From: Parcubacteria group bacterium | Lineage (GTDB): Bacteria; Patescibacteriota; Patescibacteriia; UBA2169 | DNA length: 64,000 bases | Assembly: GCA_016181765.1 (NCBI GenBank) | Contig: JACOYR010000005.1 | Location: forward strand, 18,733-82,732 | Direction of reading: 5' to 3' | Shown here: one piece after another, positions 26,344 to 35,826 of the stretch | Layout of the letters: each line of letters begins with the position of its first letter | Position numbering within the stretch: the stretch's first letter is position 1 | Made by a program: the position numbers and the translations under genes | Notes under the pieces: model-generated | Database searches by the model: none | Seen by the model: only the letters and a program-made list of their open reading frames with translations | What the model was told of the DNA's origin: nothing

Positions 26344-27033
26344 TCACCAGCCCTTTGCGGCAAGGCCCGCGTGCGCTGCCGCGGTCTCGGCTTCCTGCTT
26401 TGAGGTGCCCGACCCTTGAGCGATTTCATGACCCCCGATTTTTACGGCGACCGTAAAGCGCTTGTTGTGGTCCGGCCCGCTCTCGCTCGTTACATGGTAC
26501 GTGGGCGTTGCCGAAAGTTTTTCTTGGGACGCTTCCTGGAACGCGGTTTTGGGGTCCCGGTACAGCTTATGGAGAAGGATGTCCGGGAGTTTTGAAATGA
26601 TGTATTTTTCTACGAATTGTTTCGCGCTCTCGTACCCCTGGTCAAGGTAGACGGCCCCGATGGCCGCTTCCATGGCATTTGCCAGTATGTAGTTGCGCGC
26701 TTTGGCATTTGCGTCTTTGCTCTCCCCCTTGGAAAGGTAGAGGTACTCTTCAAGGCCCGCTTCGCGGGAGGAGGCGGCGAGCGTGGTTGAGTTCACGAGC
26801 GCGGCGCGCCAGTTGGTGAGTTCGCCCTCGGGGTTCGGGTAGCGGCCGTAGAGGTGCTCGGTCACCACCAATTCCAATACCGCGTCTCCCAGGAATTCAA
26901 GGCGCTCATTGTGGTCAAGCTCAAACGACGGGTTTTCGTTCAGGTACGACCTATGAACCAAAGCCTGTTGCAAGAGCCTTGAGTTGTTGAATCGTACGCC
27001 TAATGAATCTTCTAGGGGGGACAGGTCGTGCAT
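26344..27033 (-). CDS. rnc: ribonuclease III
   Basis: ERLEFLGDAVLELVV RNase III signature, C-terminal dsRBD. Confidence 0.9.
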   Translation of the reverse strand: MHDLSPLEDSLGVRFNNSRLLQQALVHRSYLNENPSFELDHNERLEFLGDAVLELVVTEHLYGRYPNPEGELTNWRAALVNSTTLAASSREAGLEEYLYLSKGESKDANAKARNYILANAMEAAIGAVYLDQGYESAKQFVEKYIISKLPDILLHKLYRDPKTAFQEASQEKLSATPTYHVTSESGPDHNKRFTVAVKIGGHEIAQGSGTSKQEAETAAAHAGLAAKGW

Positions 27034-27042
27034 ACCGTTCAG

Positions 27043-27522
27043 TTACTCCTTAACGTCTTTTTGTTCCACTTTCCGCGGCGCGTCGTTCGCCACCTTGGGG
27101 TGGTTCTGCGCCGCCATGTCTTTGTAAATGGAGCCCAAAACGCCGTTGACGAATTTTCCGGAAGCGCCCCCTCCGAACGACTTGGCGAGCTCAATGGCTT
27201 CGTTGATGGCGACTTTCGGCGGAATGGCGGTATCCAGCGTGAGTTCGTAGATGCCAATGCGAAGCACGTTTCGGTCAACGACCGTTATTTGTTCAAGAGG
27301 CCACTCGGGTGCGTACCCCTCAATGGTCTTGTCTATCTCGGCCCTGTTTTTTTCAACGCCGGCAGCGAGGTTGCGCGCAAAATCCTGGTCAGCGAGCCCG
27401 GGCGCCAAATTCACCAGGTTTTTTTCCGTTATACGGCCAAGCGCGTTATCCTCTTTTCCGTGAAAATCCCATTCATACAGGCTTTGCATGGCAATGGTTC
27501 TGGCGAGGTGCCTGTTGGACAT
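27043..27522 (-). CDS. nusB: transcription antitermination factor NusB
   Basis: [14 protein letters not shown]..., NusB-like helical protein of 159 aa. Confidence 0.8.
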   Translation of the reverse strand: MSNRHLARTIAMQSLYEWDFHGKEDNALGRITEKNLVNLAPGLADQDFARNLAAGVEKNRAEIDKTIEGYAPEWPLEQITVVDRNVLRIGIYELTLDTAIPPKVAINEAIELAKSFGGGASGKFVNGVLGSIYKDMAAQNHPKVANDAPRKVEQKDVKE

Positions 27523-27526
27523 ACTA

Positions 27527-27712
27527 CTAGGACTTCGTTATGGGGGATGCCTTGGAAACTTTGCGGTACTCGCCGCATTGCGGGCACACCCGGTGGGGCA
27601 GGACGAACGCGCCGCAGCCCGCGCATGCCGAAAGCGCGCTCGGTTTGAGCGCGTGGTGCGAGGCGCGGCGTTTGCCGTGGGAGCTGGTTCTTCGTTTGGG
27701 AGGTACTGACAT
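27527..27712 (-). CDS. rpmF: 50S ribosomal protein L32
   Basis: [23 protein letters not shown]...CxxC...CPQCG zinc ribbon. Confidence 0.8.
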   Translation of the reverse strand: MSVPPKRRTSSHGKRRASHHALKPSALSACAGCGAFVLPHRVCPQCGEYRKVSKASPITKS

Positions 27713-27842
27713 AGTATGGGTACTATACTGAATATTTTTTCTTTTTGCAAGTATCCCCAGGCTACCCACACCTTGTGCGCATGTTGTTTCATTTTACAGC
27801 CGCACAAAGTGTGATATAGTAGAAACCGTCTAAAACGCCCCT

Positions 27843-29234
27843 ATGAATCCGGAACAACTCTGGCAAGCAACCCTCGGGGAACTGGAACTCTCGGTTTCCA
27901 AGGTGCACTTTACGACTTGGTTTCGTAACACCTTTATCGTTGAGTGGAATGAGGATCAAGTAGTGGTCGCGGTGCCCAACAATTTCACCAAAGCGTGGCT
28001 TGAGAACAAATACCACAAATCCATCCTCAAGGTGCTCCAGAATATCACCGAGAACCGGATTGGGCGGATTGAGTATAAGGTTGAAACATCCCCTCGGCGC
28101 GCGGCGCAGCTCGTGTCTTTGGTTTCTGCGCCGCAAGCCGAGGCTGATCCTGCTTCGGAATATGCGCTCTCCCCTGTTGCTGCCGCATCCTCCCGGACGT
28201 CCGGGGCGGCGCCGGCTTTCAACCCGCGGTATATTTTTGCGAACTTCGTGGTGGGAAAAGGCAATGAGCTCGCGTATGCGGCAAGCGTGCGGGTCGCCAA
28301 AGAGCCGGGCACCAAGTACAATCCCCTGTTTTTGTACGGAGGCGTGGGCTTGGGCAAAACGCACCTCATGCTCGCCGTGGGCAACGAGCTCGCGCGCACC
28401 AACCCGTCGCTCAAGATTCTCTACATCTCCGGAGAGCAGTTCACCAACGATTACGTGGGCTCATTGCACAGCGGCACCGTGGAAGAGTTCAAGCAGAAGT
28501 ACCGGACTCCGGATCTGCTCTTGGTGGATGACATTCAATTCATTGGCGGCAAAGAGCAGACCCAGGAGCAGTTTTTCCACGTGTTCAACATCCTGCGGGA
28601 CTCGCACCGGCAGATTGTACTTACCTCGGACCGGCCGCCTAAAGCCATTCCCGCGCTTGAGGAGCGGCTCATTTCGCGGTTTGAGTGGGGCATGATCGCG
28701 GACATCTCAAGCCCGGATTTGGAGACGCGCACCGCGATTCTCGCATCCAAGAGCAAGGAGCGGGGAATTGTGCTGTCCGAGGAGGCGCTGCGGTTTTTGG
28801 CGAGCCACATCCAGAGCAACGTGCGCGAGCTTGAGGGCGCTCTGAACAAGCTGCTCGCGCACTGCGAGCTGCACAACATTGAGCCGAACATGGATGTGGC
28901 GCGCGAGGTTGTTGCGTCCATTACCTTGAGCCAGCGCAGGGGCACCGTGAGCTCGCGGGAGCTCCTCAAAATCGTGTCTGAATACTTTGATATTTCACTA
29001 GATGACCTCACGGGGCAATCCCGGCGCAAGGAGCTCGTGGTGCCGCGGCAGATTACCATGTTTTTGATGCGCGAAGAGATGGACGCCTCGTACCCGACCA
29101 TCGGCAACGAGCTCGGCGGCCGCGACCACACCACGGCCATGCACGCGTACGCCAAAATCAAGCGCGACTTTGACAGCGACGAGCGCGTGCGCCAGGACAT
29201 TGGCTCAATTCGCCAACGGTTGTATAATGGATAG
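27843..29234 (+). CDS. dnaA: chromosomal replication initiator DnaA
   Basis: AAA+ Walker A GGVGLGKTHL, LLVDDIQFIGGKEQTQEQFFHVFN, C-terminal DNA-binding domain ...TTAMHAY. Confidence 0.95.
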   Translation: MNPEQLWQATLGELELSVSKVHFTTWFRNTFIVEWNEDQVVVAVPNNFTKAWLENKYHKSILKVLQNITENRIGRIEYKVETSPRRAAQLVSLVSAPQAEADPASEYALSPVAAASSRTSGAAPAFNPRYIFANFVVGKGNELAYAASVRVAKEPGTKYNPLFLYGGVGLGKTHLMLAVGNELARTNPSLKILYISGEQFTNDYVGSLHSGTVEEFKQKYRTPDLLLVDDIQFIGGKEQTQEQFFHVFNILRDSHRQIVLTSDRPPKAIPALEERLISRFEWGMIADISSPDLETRTAILASKSKERGIVLSEEALRFLASHIQSNVRELEGALNKLLAHCELHNIEPNMDVAREVVASITLSQRRGTVSSRELLKIVSEYFDISLDDLTGQSRRKELVVPRQITMFLMREEMDASYPTIGNELGGRDHTTAMHAYAKIKRDFDSDERVRQDIGSIRQRLYNG

Positions 29235-29254
29235 GTAAGATTGATGATTGTGTC

Positions 29255-29353
29255 GGAGCCGCGTGTGCTCCCAATTCAGCAGGGAACCCGCCCCTGTCCG
29301 AGGCGTAACTCGGACAGGGGCACCCTGGGTGAATTGTCCGCACACGCGGCTCC
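29255..29353. repeat. nested inverted-repeat element with core CCGAG-GCGTAA-CTCGG hairpin, downstream of dnaA (family copy A)
   Basis: outer arms GGAGCCGCGTGTGC / GCACACGCGGCTCC; inner CCCCTGTCCGAG GCGTAA CTCGGACAGGGG. Confidence 0.6.
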
Positions 29354-29364
29354 TCTAAGTCCGT

Positions 29365-31095
29365 ATGTCTCAGAATAACCCATCCATTGAGGACCTCCTC
29401 AAAAAACAAAACGCCCCGCAACCGGACGAGCTCGCGGAACAGAGCCAGGACGAAGGCGCCGAACAGCAGCTCTCGGAGAAAATCGGGCAGATAGAGCATG
29501 CGGGCATAGAGCGTGAAATCGCGCAAAAGGCCCGGGAGCTCGGTTTGGGGTATATTGATTTTGCCAGTTCACCCATTGACCGCGAGGCCCTGCCCTTGCT
29601 TTCCCGGGAAGAGATGCAAGCGTTGTCCTCGGCCGTATTTTTGAACCGCGCGGGCCAGTTGCGCATGGCTTCCACCAATCCCTCGGATGCGGTTCGGCAG
29701 AAGATGGGCGAGCTCGCCGCAAAGCACTATGCGGAAGCGAAACTGTATCTGATTTCCGAGGACAGCCTCACAAAAGCGCTCCATGAGTATGACCGGATTC
29801 CCAAAAAACCAAAGCCGCAAAAGGCGGTTGCCATAACTGCGGATGACTTATCAAAGTACGAGGCTGATGTTCGCGACCTTTCATCCCTGCCCGAGAAGCT
29901 TTCTAAAATTCCCCTTACCGATGTGATGACCATTATCCTGGCTGCGTCCGTTGCGGCTGAAGCCTCTGACATACACATTGAGGCCGAGGAAAAGGGGATT
30001 AAGCTCCGGTTCAGGCTGGATGGGGTCCTGCACGAGCAAGCAGAGCTTTCGCGCGAGGTGTGGGAGCATCTCATCTCCCGCATCAAACTGCTCTCCCGCC
30101 TCAAGATCAACATTACGGACAAGCCCCAGGACGGCCGCATCTCCATTGAACTGCCCAATGATAAGCTGGACATCCGCGTGTCCACGATCCCCACGTCGTA
30201 CGGGGAGAGCGTGGTCATGCGCCTCCTGCGCTCAAGCGCGGTTGGTTTGCAGTTTGAGGACCTTGGCTTGCGCGGTAAATCGTTCAACGATCTTAAGCGC
30301 GAGGTGGAGCGGCCGAACGGCATGATCCTCGCGACCGGCCCAACCGGAAGCGGAAAAACCACCACGCTCTACGCCATCCTCAATAAGCTCAATGACGAGG
30401 AAACAAAAATCATCACCCTGGAAGACCCCATTGAGTACAAGTTGGAGGGCATTAACCAGAGCCAGATAGACAAGTCGCGGGACTATGATTTCGCAAAAGG
30501 TTTGCGTTCCATCCTGCGGCAGGACCCGGACGTGGTCATGGTCGGAGAAATACGGGATTTGGAAACCGCGGACACAGCCATCAATGCCGCGCTCACCGGG
30601 CATTTGGTGCTCTCCACCCTGCACACAAATGAGGCGTCCGGCGCCATTCCGCGGTTTTTGGCGATCGGCGTTAAGCCGTTTCTGCTCTCCCCGGCGGTCA
30701 ACGCTGTCATCGGCCAGAGGCTGGTGCGCAAGATATGCGAAAAATGCAAAGAGAAGGTTGATTTGGACAGCGCAACGCTCTCGCGCGTGTTTGAGGTTGC
30801 TAAAACCATTCCCGCAACCGCGGGTGCATCCATTGACCTTGCGGGCGCGGCGTTCTATCGCGGCCGCGGGTGTAATGCGTGCCACGCGAGCGGGTACAAA
30901 GGCAGGATCGGCATTTTTGAAATTTTCACCATCACTCCGGACATTGAGAAGCTGATCCTTGCGGGCAACATTTCCGAGAACGATGTCAAGCTCGCCGCCC
31001 AAAAAGCGGGCATGCTCACCATGGTGCAGGACGGCATACTCAAAGCCGCGGACGGCATTACCACGGTTGAGGAGGTGTTTAGGGTCACGGAATAG
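29365..31095 (+). CDS. GspE/PilB-family secretion/type IV pilus assembly ATPase
   Basis: N-terminal GSPII_E_N-like domain, Walker A GPTGSGKTTTLYA, His box, tetracysteine CEKCKEKV...CNAC. Confidence 0.9.
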   Translation: MSQNNPSIEDLLKKQNAPQPDELAEQSQDEGAEQQLSEKIGQIEHAGIEREIAQKARELGLGYIDFASSPIDREALPLLSREEMQALSSAVFLNRAGQLRMASTNPSDAVRQKMGELAAKHYAEAKLYLISEDSLTKALHEYDRIPKKPKPQKAVAITADDLSKYEADVRDLSSLPEKLSKIPLTDVMTIILAASVAAEASDIHIEAEEKGIKLRFRLDGVLHEQAELSREVWEHLISRIKLLSRLKINITDKPQDGRISIELPNDKLDIRVSTIPTSYGESVVMRLLRSSAVGLQFEDLGLRGKSFNDLKREVERPNGMILATGPTGSGKTTTLYAILNKLNDEETKIITLEDPIEYKLEGINQSQIDKSRDYDFAKGLRSILRQDPDVVMVGEIRDLETADTAINAALTGHLVLSTLHTNEASGAIPRFLAIGVKPFLLSPAVNAVIGQRLVRKICEKCKEKVDLDSATLSRVFEVAKTIPATAGASIDLAGAAFYRGRGCNACHASGYKGRIGIFEIFTITPDIEKLILAGNISENDVKLAAQKAGMLTMVQDGILKAADGITTVEEVFRVTE

Positions 31096-31107
31096 ACAAA
31101 AAAAGAA

Positions 31108-31145
31108 GGAGTTCAGCTTTAAGGGCAACTGAACTCCTTGTGGTG
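31108..31145 (+). terminator. hairpin downstream of pilB-like gene (weak U-tract)
   Basis: GGAGTTCAG-loop-CTGAACTCC then ttgtggtg. Confidence 0.35.
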
Positions 31146-31192
31146 CGCGGCGAGCGGTCAAACCCGCAGCCTGCGCGGTTTGCGTGGCGCTA

Positions 31193-31417
31193 CTAGCCCT
31201 CCAGGGCCGCGAGGACCTCATCCAGGGCCCAGATGCGCTCTGCGTCCTCCAGGAGCGCATCTATGATGAAGGGGTGGGCCTTCACGGTGTGGCTGTCAAT
31301 GAACTCAAACCCCGGCGACCACCTGCCGTCGCGGTCCTTGACGAACATGCTTTTGTCCTCAATGACCGTGAGTTCGTCTGCGCCCCCATGCGCGCCTTTG
31401 TACCGATAGTACGGCAT
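31193..31417 (-). CDS. hypothetical small protein (74 aa)
   Basis: ORF only. Confidence 0.3.
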   Translation of the reverse strand: MPYYRYKGAHGGADELTVIEDKSMFVKDRDGRWSPGFEFIDSHTVKAHPFIIDALLEDAERIWALDEVLAALEG

Positions 31418-31520
31418 AGTTCACCTCCCCATGGGTGCGCTGTGTGTAGAATCAATGAACCCAAACTACAGCCAAAAGTATAGGCCGTAGTTCCGTAATT
31501 GTCAAATAAAAAGACTGATA

Positions 31521-34205
31521 CTAGCCATTTTTTTCTAGTTTACTCCGTGCGTCTTTGAGTTTTTTCTTTTTTTGTTCTACCACGGCTTTGGGCGCGTTTT
31601 TGGTAAACTGCTTATTGGAGAGCTTTGCTTCCAGGCCAGTGATGTACTGCTCAAGATTTTTTCGCGCCTTTGCCAGTCGGGCTTCTTGATCGTGCAGATG
31701 ATCTTTGCCGATTTTGAGGTAGATGTCAAACGAGCTAGTGTGCACCCGGACGTATTCCTCTTGTCCCGCGGGCTTGGTGGGCAGTACTTGGATGCGGATT
31801 TTGGTGAGCCGCTCAACGACAAGCTCCTGTTCTTGGAACAGGTTTTTATATGTTGCCGTGGTGATGGCTGCGTCCAAAATTTCTGCGTAGGGAAGGTTGT
31901 GCTTGGCGCGCAGGTCGCGCAGGGATGTCACAAGCTCCTGGAGCGCTGTAAAGTTTTCTTCAATTTTTGGTTTGGCTAGCTTGGGTTGCGCCTTGGGCCA
32001 CGGTGAGCCAGCCAGAAATTTGTCGTCCGCATCAACCAGTTTTTCTTTTTTCAAGAGCTGATAAATCTCTTCGGTTACAAAAGGGGTAAACGGGTGCAAG
32101 AGCTTGAGGCCGTCAAGCAAAATAGCTGGAGCAATGGTGTGCGATTGCTGTTTTGAAATTTCCAAATACCAGTCCGCAAGCTCGTGCCAGAGGAAGTTAT
32201 AGATTTTTTCCCCGGCTGCCGAAAATTCAAACCGTTCAAAGTACTGATCCACGTCCGCAATCAAATTCTGCAAGCGAGATTCAATCCACTGGTCAGCCAA
32301 GGTGGGTGTAGCGGCGTGGACGCTTCCCGTGGCTTTGACGCTCTGATGCATCAAAATAAACCGCGAGATGTTCCAGATTTTGTTTACAAAGTTCCGGTAG
32401 CCGGCGACTTTTTCTTCGTAGAGCCGCGTGTCGTTCCCGACCGTGGTTCCGATCACCAAGGAGAGGCGAGTCGCGTCCGCGCCGTACTGCGCGATCATGT
32501 CTAAGGGGTCAATGCCGTTTCCCAAGGATTTGGACATCTTGCGCCCCTTTTGGTCGCGCACCAGGCCGTGGAGGTACACTTTTTTGAACGGCACTTCCCC
32601 GAGCGCATACGTGGTCATCAAGATCATGCGAGCAACCCAAAAGAACAGGATGTCATACCCGGTTTCCATAATACTCGTGGGATGGAACGTGGCCAGGTCA
32701 GCGCCCTTCTTTTTGTTGCGTTTGATCCATGAGTCCAGGGTATCGTTTTTTTTGGGCGCATCCAACAAGGTTGAAAATGTCCATAACGCGGACGAGAACC
32801 AGGTATCAAGAGTATCCGGATCTTGACGCAACATTTTGGAACCGCAGTGCGGGCAGGCTTTTGGTTGTTCAATTTGTATAATCGGATTTTTACATTCCAA
32901 TTTACATTGATGTTTGTCGTCGCCGGAGCAGTACCACACCGGAATGCGGTGCCCGAACCAGATTTGGCGCGAGATGCACCAGTCATGCAGATTCTCCATC
33001 CAGTGGAAGTATGTTTTGTTGAACCTATCAGGGATGATTTCAATATCCCCGGATTTCACGGCGCGGATGGCCATTTCCTTGAGTGACGTCTTTTGTGCGG
33101 GAATTTTTTTATCCACATCAACAAACCACTGCTCGCTCACGAGCGGCTCAACCGGGGTATCACAGCGGTAGCACACGGAAAGGTTATGCACGTAGTTCTC
33201 GTCAATTTTTTCCACCAGGCCTTTCTTCTGCAGGGCCTTGACGATTGCCTCGCGCGCTTCCGCAACCAACATGCCCGCGAACGCGCCGCTGTTCTTGGTC
33301 AATTTTCCGTCCGGCCCGATGATCTGCTTGATTTCAAATCCGTGCTTTTGCGCCAACTCAAAGTCCACAAAGCTGTGCGCCGGAGTGATGGTCATGGCGC
33401 CGGAACCGAAATCCATGTCAGCGGCAATGTCCGCGACAAACGCGGCCTTTACGGTGCCGTCAATCCAAGGCACGTCCAATGTCTTTCCAATATACTTCTT
33501 GTACCGCTTATCATCAGGATGAACGATAATCACCTTATCAAGCACTTTGGTTTCCGGACGGGCCGTACCAATCACAACAGGTCCGTACTTGAGGTAGTAG
33601 AAGGGCGCATACTGTTCTTTGTATTCCACCTCGTCATCAGCGAGCGTGCTTTGGCAGCGCGTGCACCAGTTCACAATCCGGTGGCCGCGGTAAATCAGCC
33701 CGTCATTGTGCATTTTGATGAACACTTCCGAAACAGTTCGCGAGAGGCCTTCATCTAAAGTATATCGTTCGTGCGACCAGTCGCAGGACGCGCCCATTTT
33801 CCGCACCTGGTTTTTGATGGTGCTCTGGGAGTCCGCGACAAACGATTCAACCTCTTTCAGGAACGCTTCACGCCCCAGTTCCTGCTTGGTTTTTCCCTTT
33901 TTTTCCAGCAGGTTTTTTTCCACTTTGTTCTCGGTTGCGATGGACGCATGGTCAGTGCCCGGCACCCAGAGCGTCTTGCGCCCATTCATGCGCGCATGCC
34001 GGATCATGATGTCTTCAAGAGCGAGCATCACCGCGTGCCCCAAGTGGAGGGTGCCGGTCGCGTTTGGCGGGGGCATGGCAATGGAAAACGGCTTGCCGCG
34101 AGCGTTCATATCAGGACGAAACAAACCCGAATCCTCCCACTTTTTATAGAGGCCATCTTCAACCTTTTGCGGCTCGTACGCTTTTGGGATGTTTTTGTCG
34201 GGCAT
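31521..34205 (-). CDS. valS: valine--tRNA ligase
   Basis: HIGH motif PPPNATGTLHLGHA, KMSKSLGN, editing domain, C-terminal coiled coil; 894 aa. Confidence 0.95.
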   Translation of the reverse strand: MPDKNIPKAYEPQKVEDGLYKKWEDSGLFRPDMNARGKPFSIAMPPPNATGTLHLGHAVMLALEDIMIRHARMNGRKTLWVPGTDHASIATENKVEKNLLEKKGKTKQELGREAFLKEVESFVADSQSTIKNQVRKMGASCDWSHERYTLDEGLSRTVSEVFIKMHNDGLIYRGHRIVNWCTRCQSTLADDEVEYKEQYAPFYYLKYGPVVIGTARPETKVLDKVIIVHPDDKRYKKYIGKTLDVPWIDGTVKAAFVADIAADMDFGSGAMTITPAHSFVDFELAQKHGFEIKQIIGPDGKLTKNSGAFAGMLVAEAREAIVKALQKKGLVEKIDENYVHNLSVCYRCDTPVEPLVSEQWFVDVDKKIPAQKTSLKEMAIRAVKSGDIEIIPDRFNKTYFHWMENLHDWCISRQIWFGHRIPVWYCSGDDKHQCKLECKNPIIQIEQPKACPHCGSKMLRQDPDTLDTWFSSALWTFSTLLDAPKKNDTLDSWIKRNKKKGADLATFHPTSIMETGYDILFFWVARMILMTTYALGEVPFKKVYLHGLVRDQKGRKMSKSLGNGIDPLDMIAQYGADATRLSLVIGTTVGNDTRLYEEKVAGYRNFVNKIWNISRFILMHQSVKATGSVHAATPTLADQWIESRLQNLIADVDQYFERFEFSAAGEKIYNFLWHELADWYLEISKQQSHTIAPAILLDGLKLLHPFTPFVTEEIYQLLKKEKLVDADDKFLAGSPWPKAQPKLAKPKIEENFTALQELVTSLRDLRAKHNLPYAEILDAAITTATYKNLFQEQELVVERLTKIRIQVLPTKPAGQEEYVRVHTSSFDIYLKIGKDHLHDQEARLAKARKNLEQYITGLEAKLSNKQFTKNAPKAVVEQKKKKLKDARSKLEKNG

Positions 34206-34206
34206 A

Positions 34207-34878
34207 TTAGGCGAGGAGGGTTGAGAGGTACGTTTTACCGGCGGAGCTGAACAGTGCTTCTATGCTCTGTTTCAGGCGCGCGAGATTTTTTTCTTTCGTA
34301 AGGAGCGGCTTGATTGCGGAGAGTTTCGCGGCAGCCGCAAAAGCCTGGCTCGCGAGTTTTGCCTGGTCAATGTCAATGCCGAATTTTTTACTCGCCAGCG
34401 CGGTGAGTTGTTTGATGCCCCATGATTTTTTTTCGGCAATGTAGAAAAGATCAACCGCGTCTTTTGGTTCGCCGCGTTCGTAGAGCGCGAATATCTTGTT
34501 TGCGGCAATGTCTTTGAGCTGTGCGACGCGCACCGGCCAGGGCGCAACCTTTTTTGGCTTCATAATCGCCGGAAACGGGAAATAGACGAATTCAATCTTG
34601 AGTGTTTTGCCGCCTTTTTTCAGTTGGTACTGTTGCCGGTTCAGATGGGTCCGCTGGCTTAAGCCCGCTAGTTTAAGTGAACGCTTAATGCGTTGCATTG
34701 TCATCAGCACAACTTCTTCGGCAATCAAGTCATCGGAAAAAAAATCCAAATCTTCGGACTCGCGGTGATGCAGGTAGTGGGCGGAGAGCAACGTGCCGCC
34801 GGTCCAATAAAAATAGTTCGCCAAATCGCTTTGGCCGATGGCGGCAAGGAGCTGGTTTTGCAGGGCGGTGAGTTTCAT
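34207..34878 (-). CDS. nucleotidyltransferase of AbiEii/AbiGii (DUF1814) toxin family
   Basis: YFYWTGGTLLSAHYLHHRESEDLDFF NTase-like motif; start at MKLTAL overlapping upstream small ORF by 4 nt (ATGA). Confidence 0.55.
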   Translation of the reverse strand: MKLTALQNQLLAAIGQSDLANYFYWTGGTLLSAHYLHHRESEDLDFFSDDLIAEEVVLMTMQRIKRSLKLAGLSQRTHLNRQQYQLKKGGKTLKIEFVYFPFPAIMKPKKVAPWPVRVAQLKDIAANKIFALYERGEPKDAVDLFYIAEKKSWGIKQLTALASKKFGIDIDQAKLASQAFAAAAKLSAIKPLLTKEKNLARLKQSIEALFSSAGKTYLSTLLA

Positions 34879-35111
34879 GCGAGCGCGCGCGTTAAAAATT
34901 TTTTCATTCCCGGCGCAAGGGAAAGCCGCGGGAGATGTTTTTTGATGTCTGCCTTCCGCAGCCCTTTCCAGTCGCCCCAGTTGATCCGGCGCGCTAAGTA
35001 CCAGCGCATGACCCAAGGGTCGGAAAAGTCCGCGGCGCTGATGTCATAGTCCCAGACGGCTGAAGTTTTTTGGCGGTTATAGGGGTGCTTCATATAGTTG
35101 AATTTTATCAT
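34875..35111 (-). CDS. small protein translationally coupled to AbiEii-like gene (possible cognate partner/antitoxin)
   Basis: 78-aa ORF, W/R-rich, stop overlaps downstream start. Confidence 0.35.
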   Translation of the reverse strand: MIKFNYMKHPYNRQKTSAVWDYDISAADFSDPWVMRWYLARRINWGDWKGLRKADIKKHLPRLSLAPGMKKFLTRALA

Positions 35112-35187
35112 ATTTCAAGCTATAAAACAATGTCGATGCTTAAGATGTTTGGTTGATTTTTTGGCCTTTTCAGACTAGACTGATGAT

Positions 35188-35532
35188 ATGGAAATTACAG
35201 TTATTAGAGACAAAATAAGTCGTGAAAAAGTTCGCCAGTCGGCTCAAGCCAGCTTTGGCGATATGGTTAAGGCGGTAGTGGACATAAAACAAGGCTCTAT
35301 GGCGTTAGGCGGGGAGTGGCACTGCGAAGCCGAGGCGGTTTTATTAGAACACGGCTCAAAGCAGGAAAATTTGTGGGGCATCAATATTTATCCTGATAAT
35401 AATGATGAAAGTTTGATTGCTTTCGTTTCACTTATAAACATTCGACCACGCGTTGGTAATCGATCAATGGAGATTCAGGATCTGATGATTCGCGAAAAGA
35501 TCAAAGGTATTGTGACGCGTTTAATTGTCTAG
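35188..35532 (+). CDS. hypothetical protein (114 aa; first gene of 5-gene operon)
   Basis: ...KAVVDIKQGSMALGGEWHCEAEAVLLEHGSKQENLWGINIYP...; unknown family. Confidence 0.45.
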   Translation: MEITVIRDKISREKVRQSAQASFGDMVKAVVDIKQGSMALGGEWHCEAEAVLLEHGSKQENLWGINIYPDNNDESLIAFVSLINIRPRVGNRSMEIQDLMIREKIKGIVTRLIV

Positions 35533-35535
35533 ATT

Positions 35536-35826
35536 ATGGATATACAAAAATGGCAATCTATGTCTTGGCCGCAAAAGATGGGTAATATCGGCAGTGAAAT
35601 TACGCGCGCGCGGATATGGGAAGAGAAGAATAATCGTCCAGCCGCCAGGCAATCTTTCGAAAGAGTTTTAGAAATGCTGCAAGCTTCGGCCGGCAATGCG
35701 GAAACTGATTTATTGCGCGAGGTGGTGGCTGATTTGGTTAAAGACGGAGAACAATACCAAGTGACACCTAAAGAGTTAGAAGATTATTGTTTACCTTTTG
35801 CGTTATTGGCGCGCAAGAATGTATGA
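35536..35826 (+). CDS. hypothetical protein (96 aa)
   Basis: starts 1 nt after previous stop; stop overlaps next start (ATGA). Confidence 0.45.
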   Translation: MDIQKWQSMSWPQKMGNIGSEITRARIWEEKNNRPAARQSFERVLEMLQASAGNAETDLLREVVADLVKDGEQYQVTPKELEDYCLPFALLARKNV

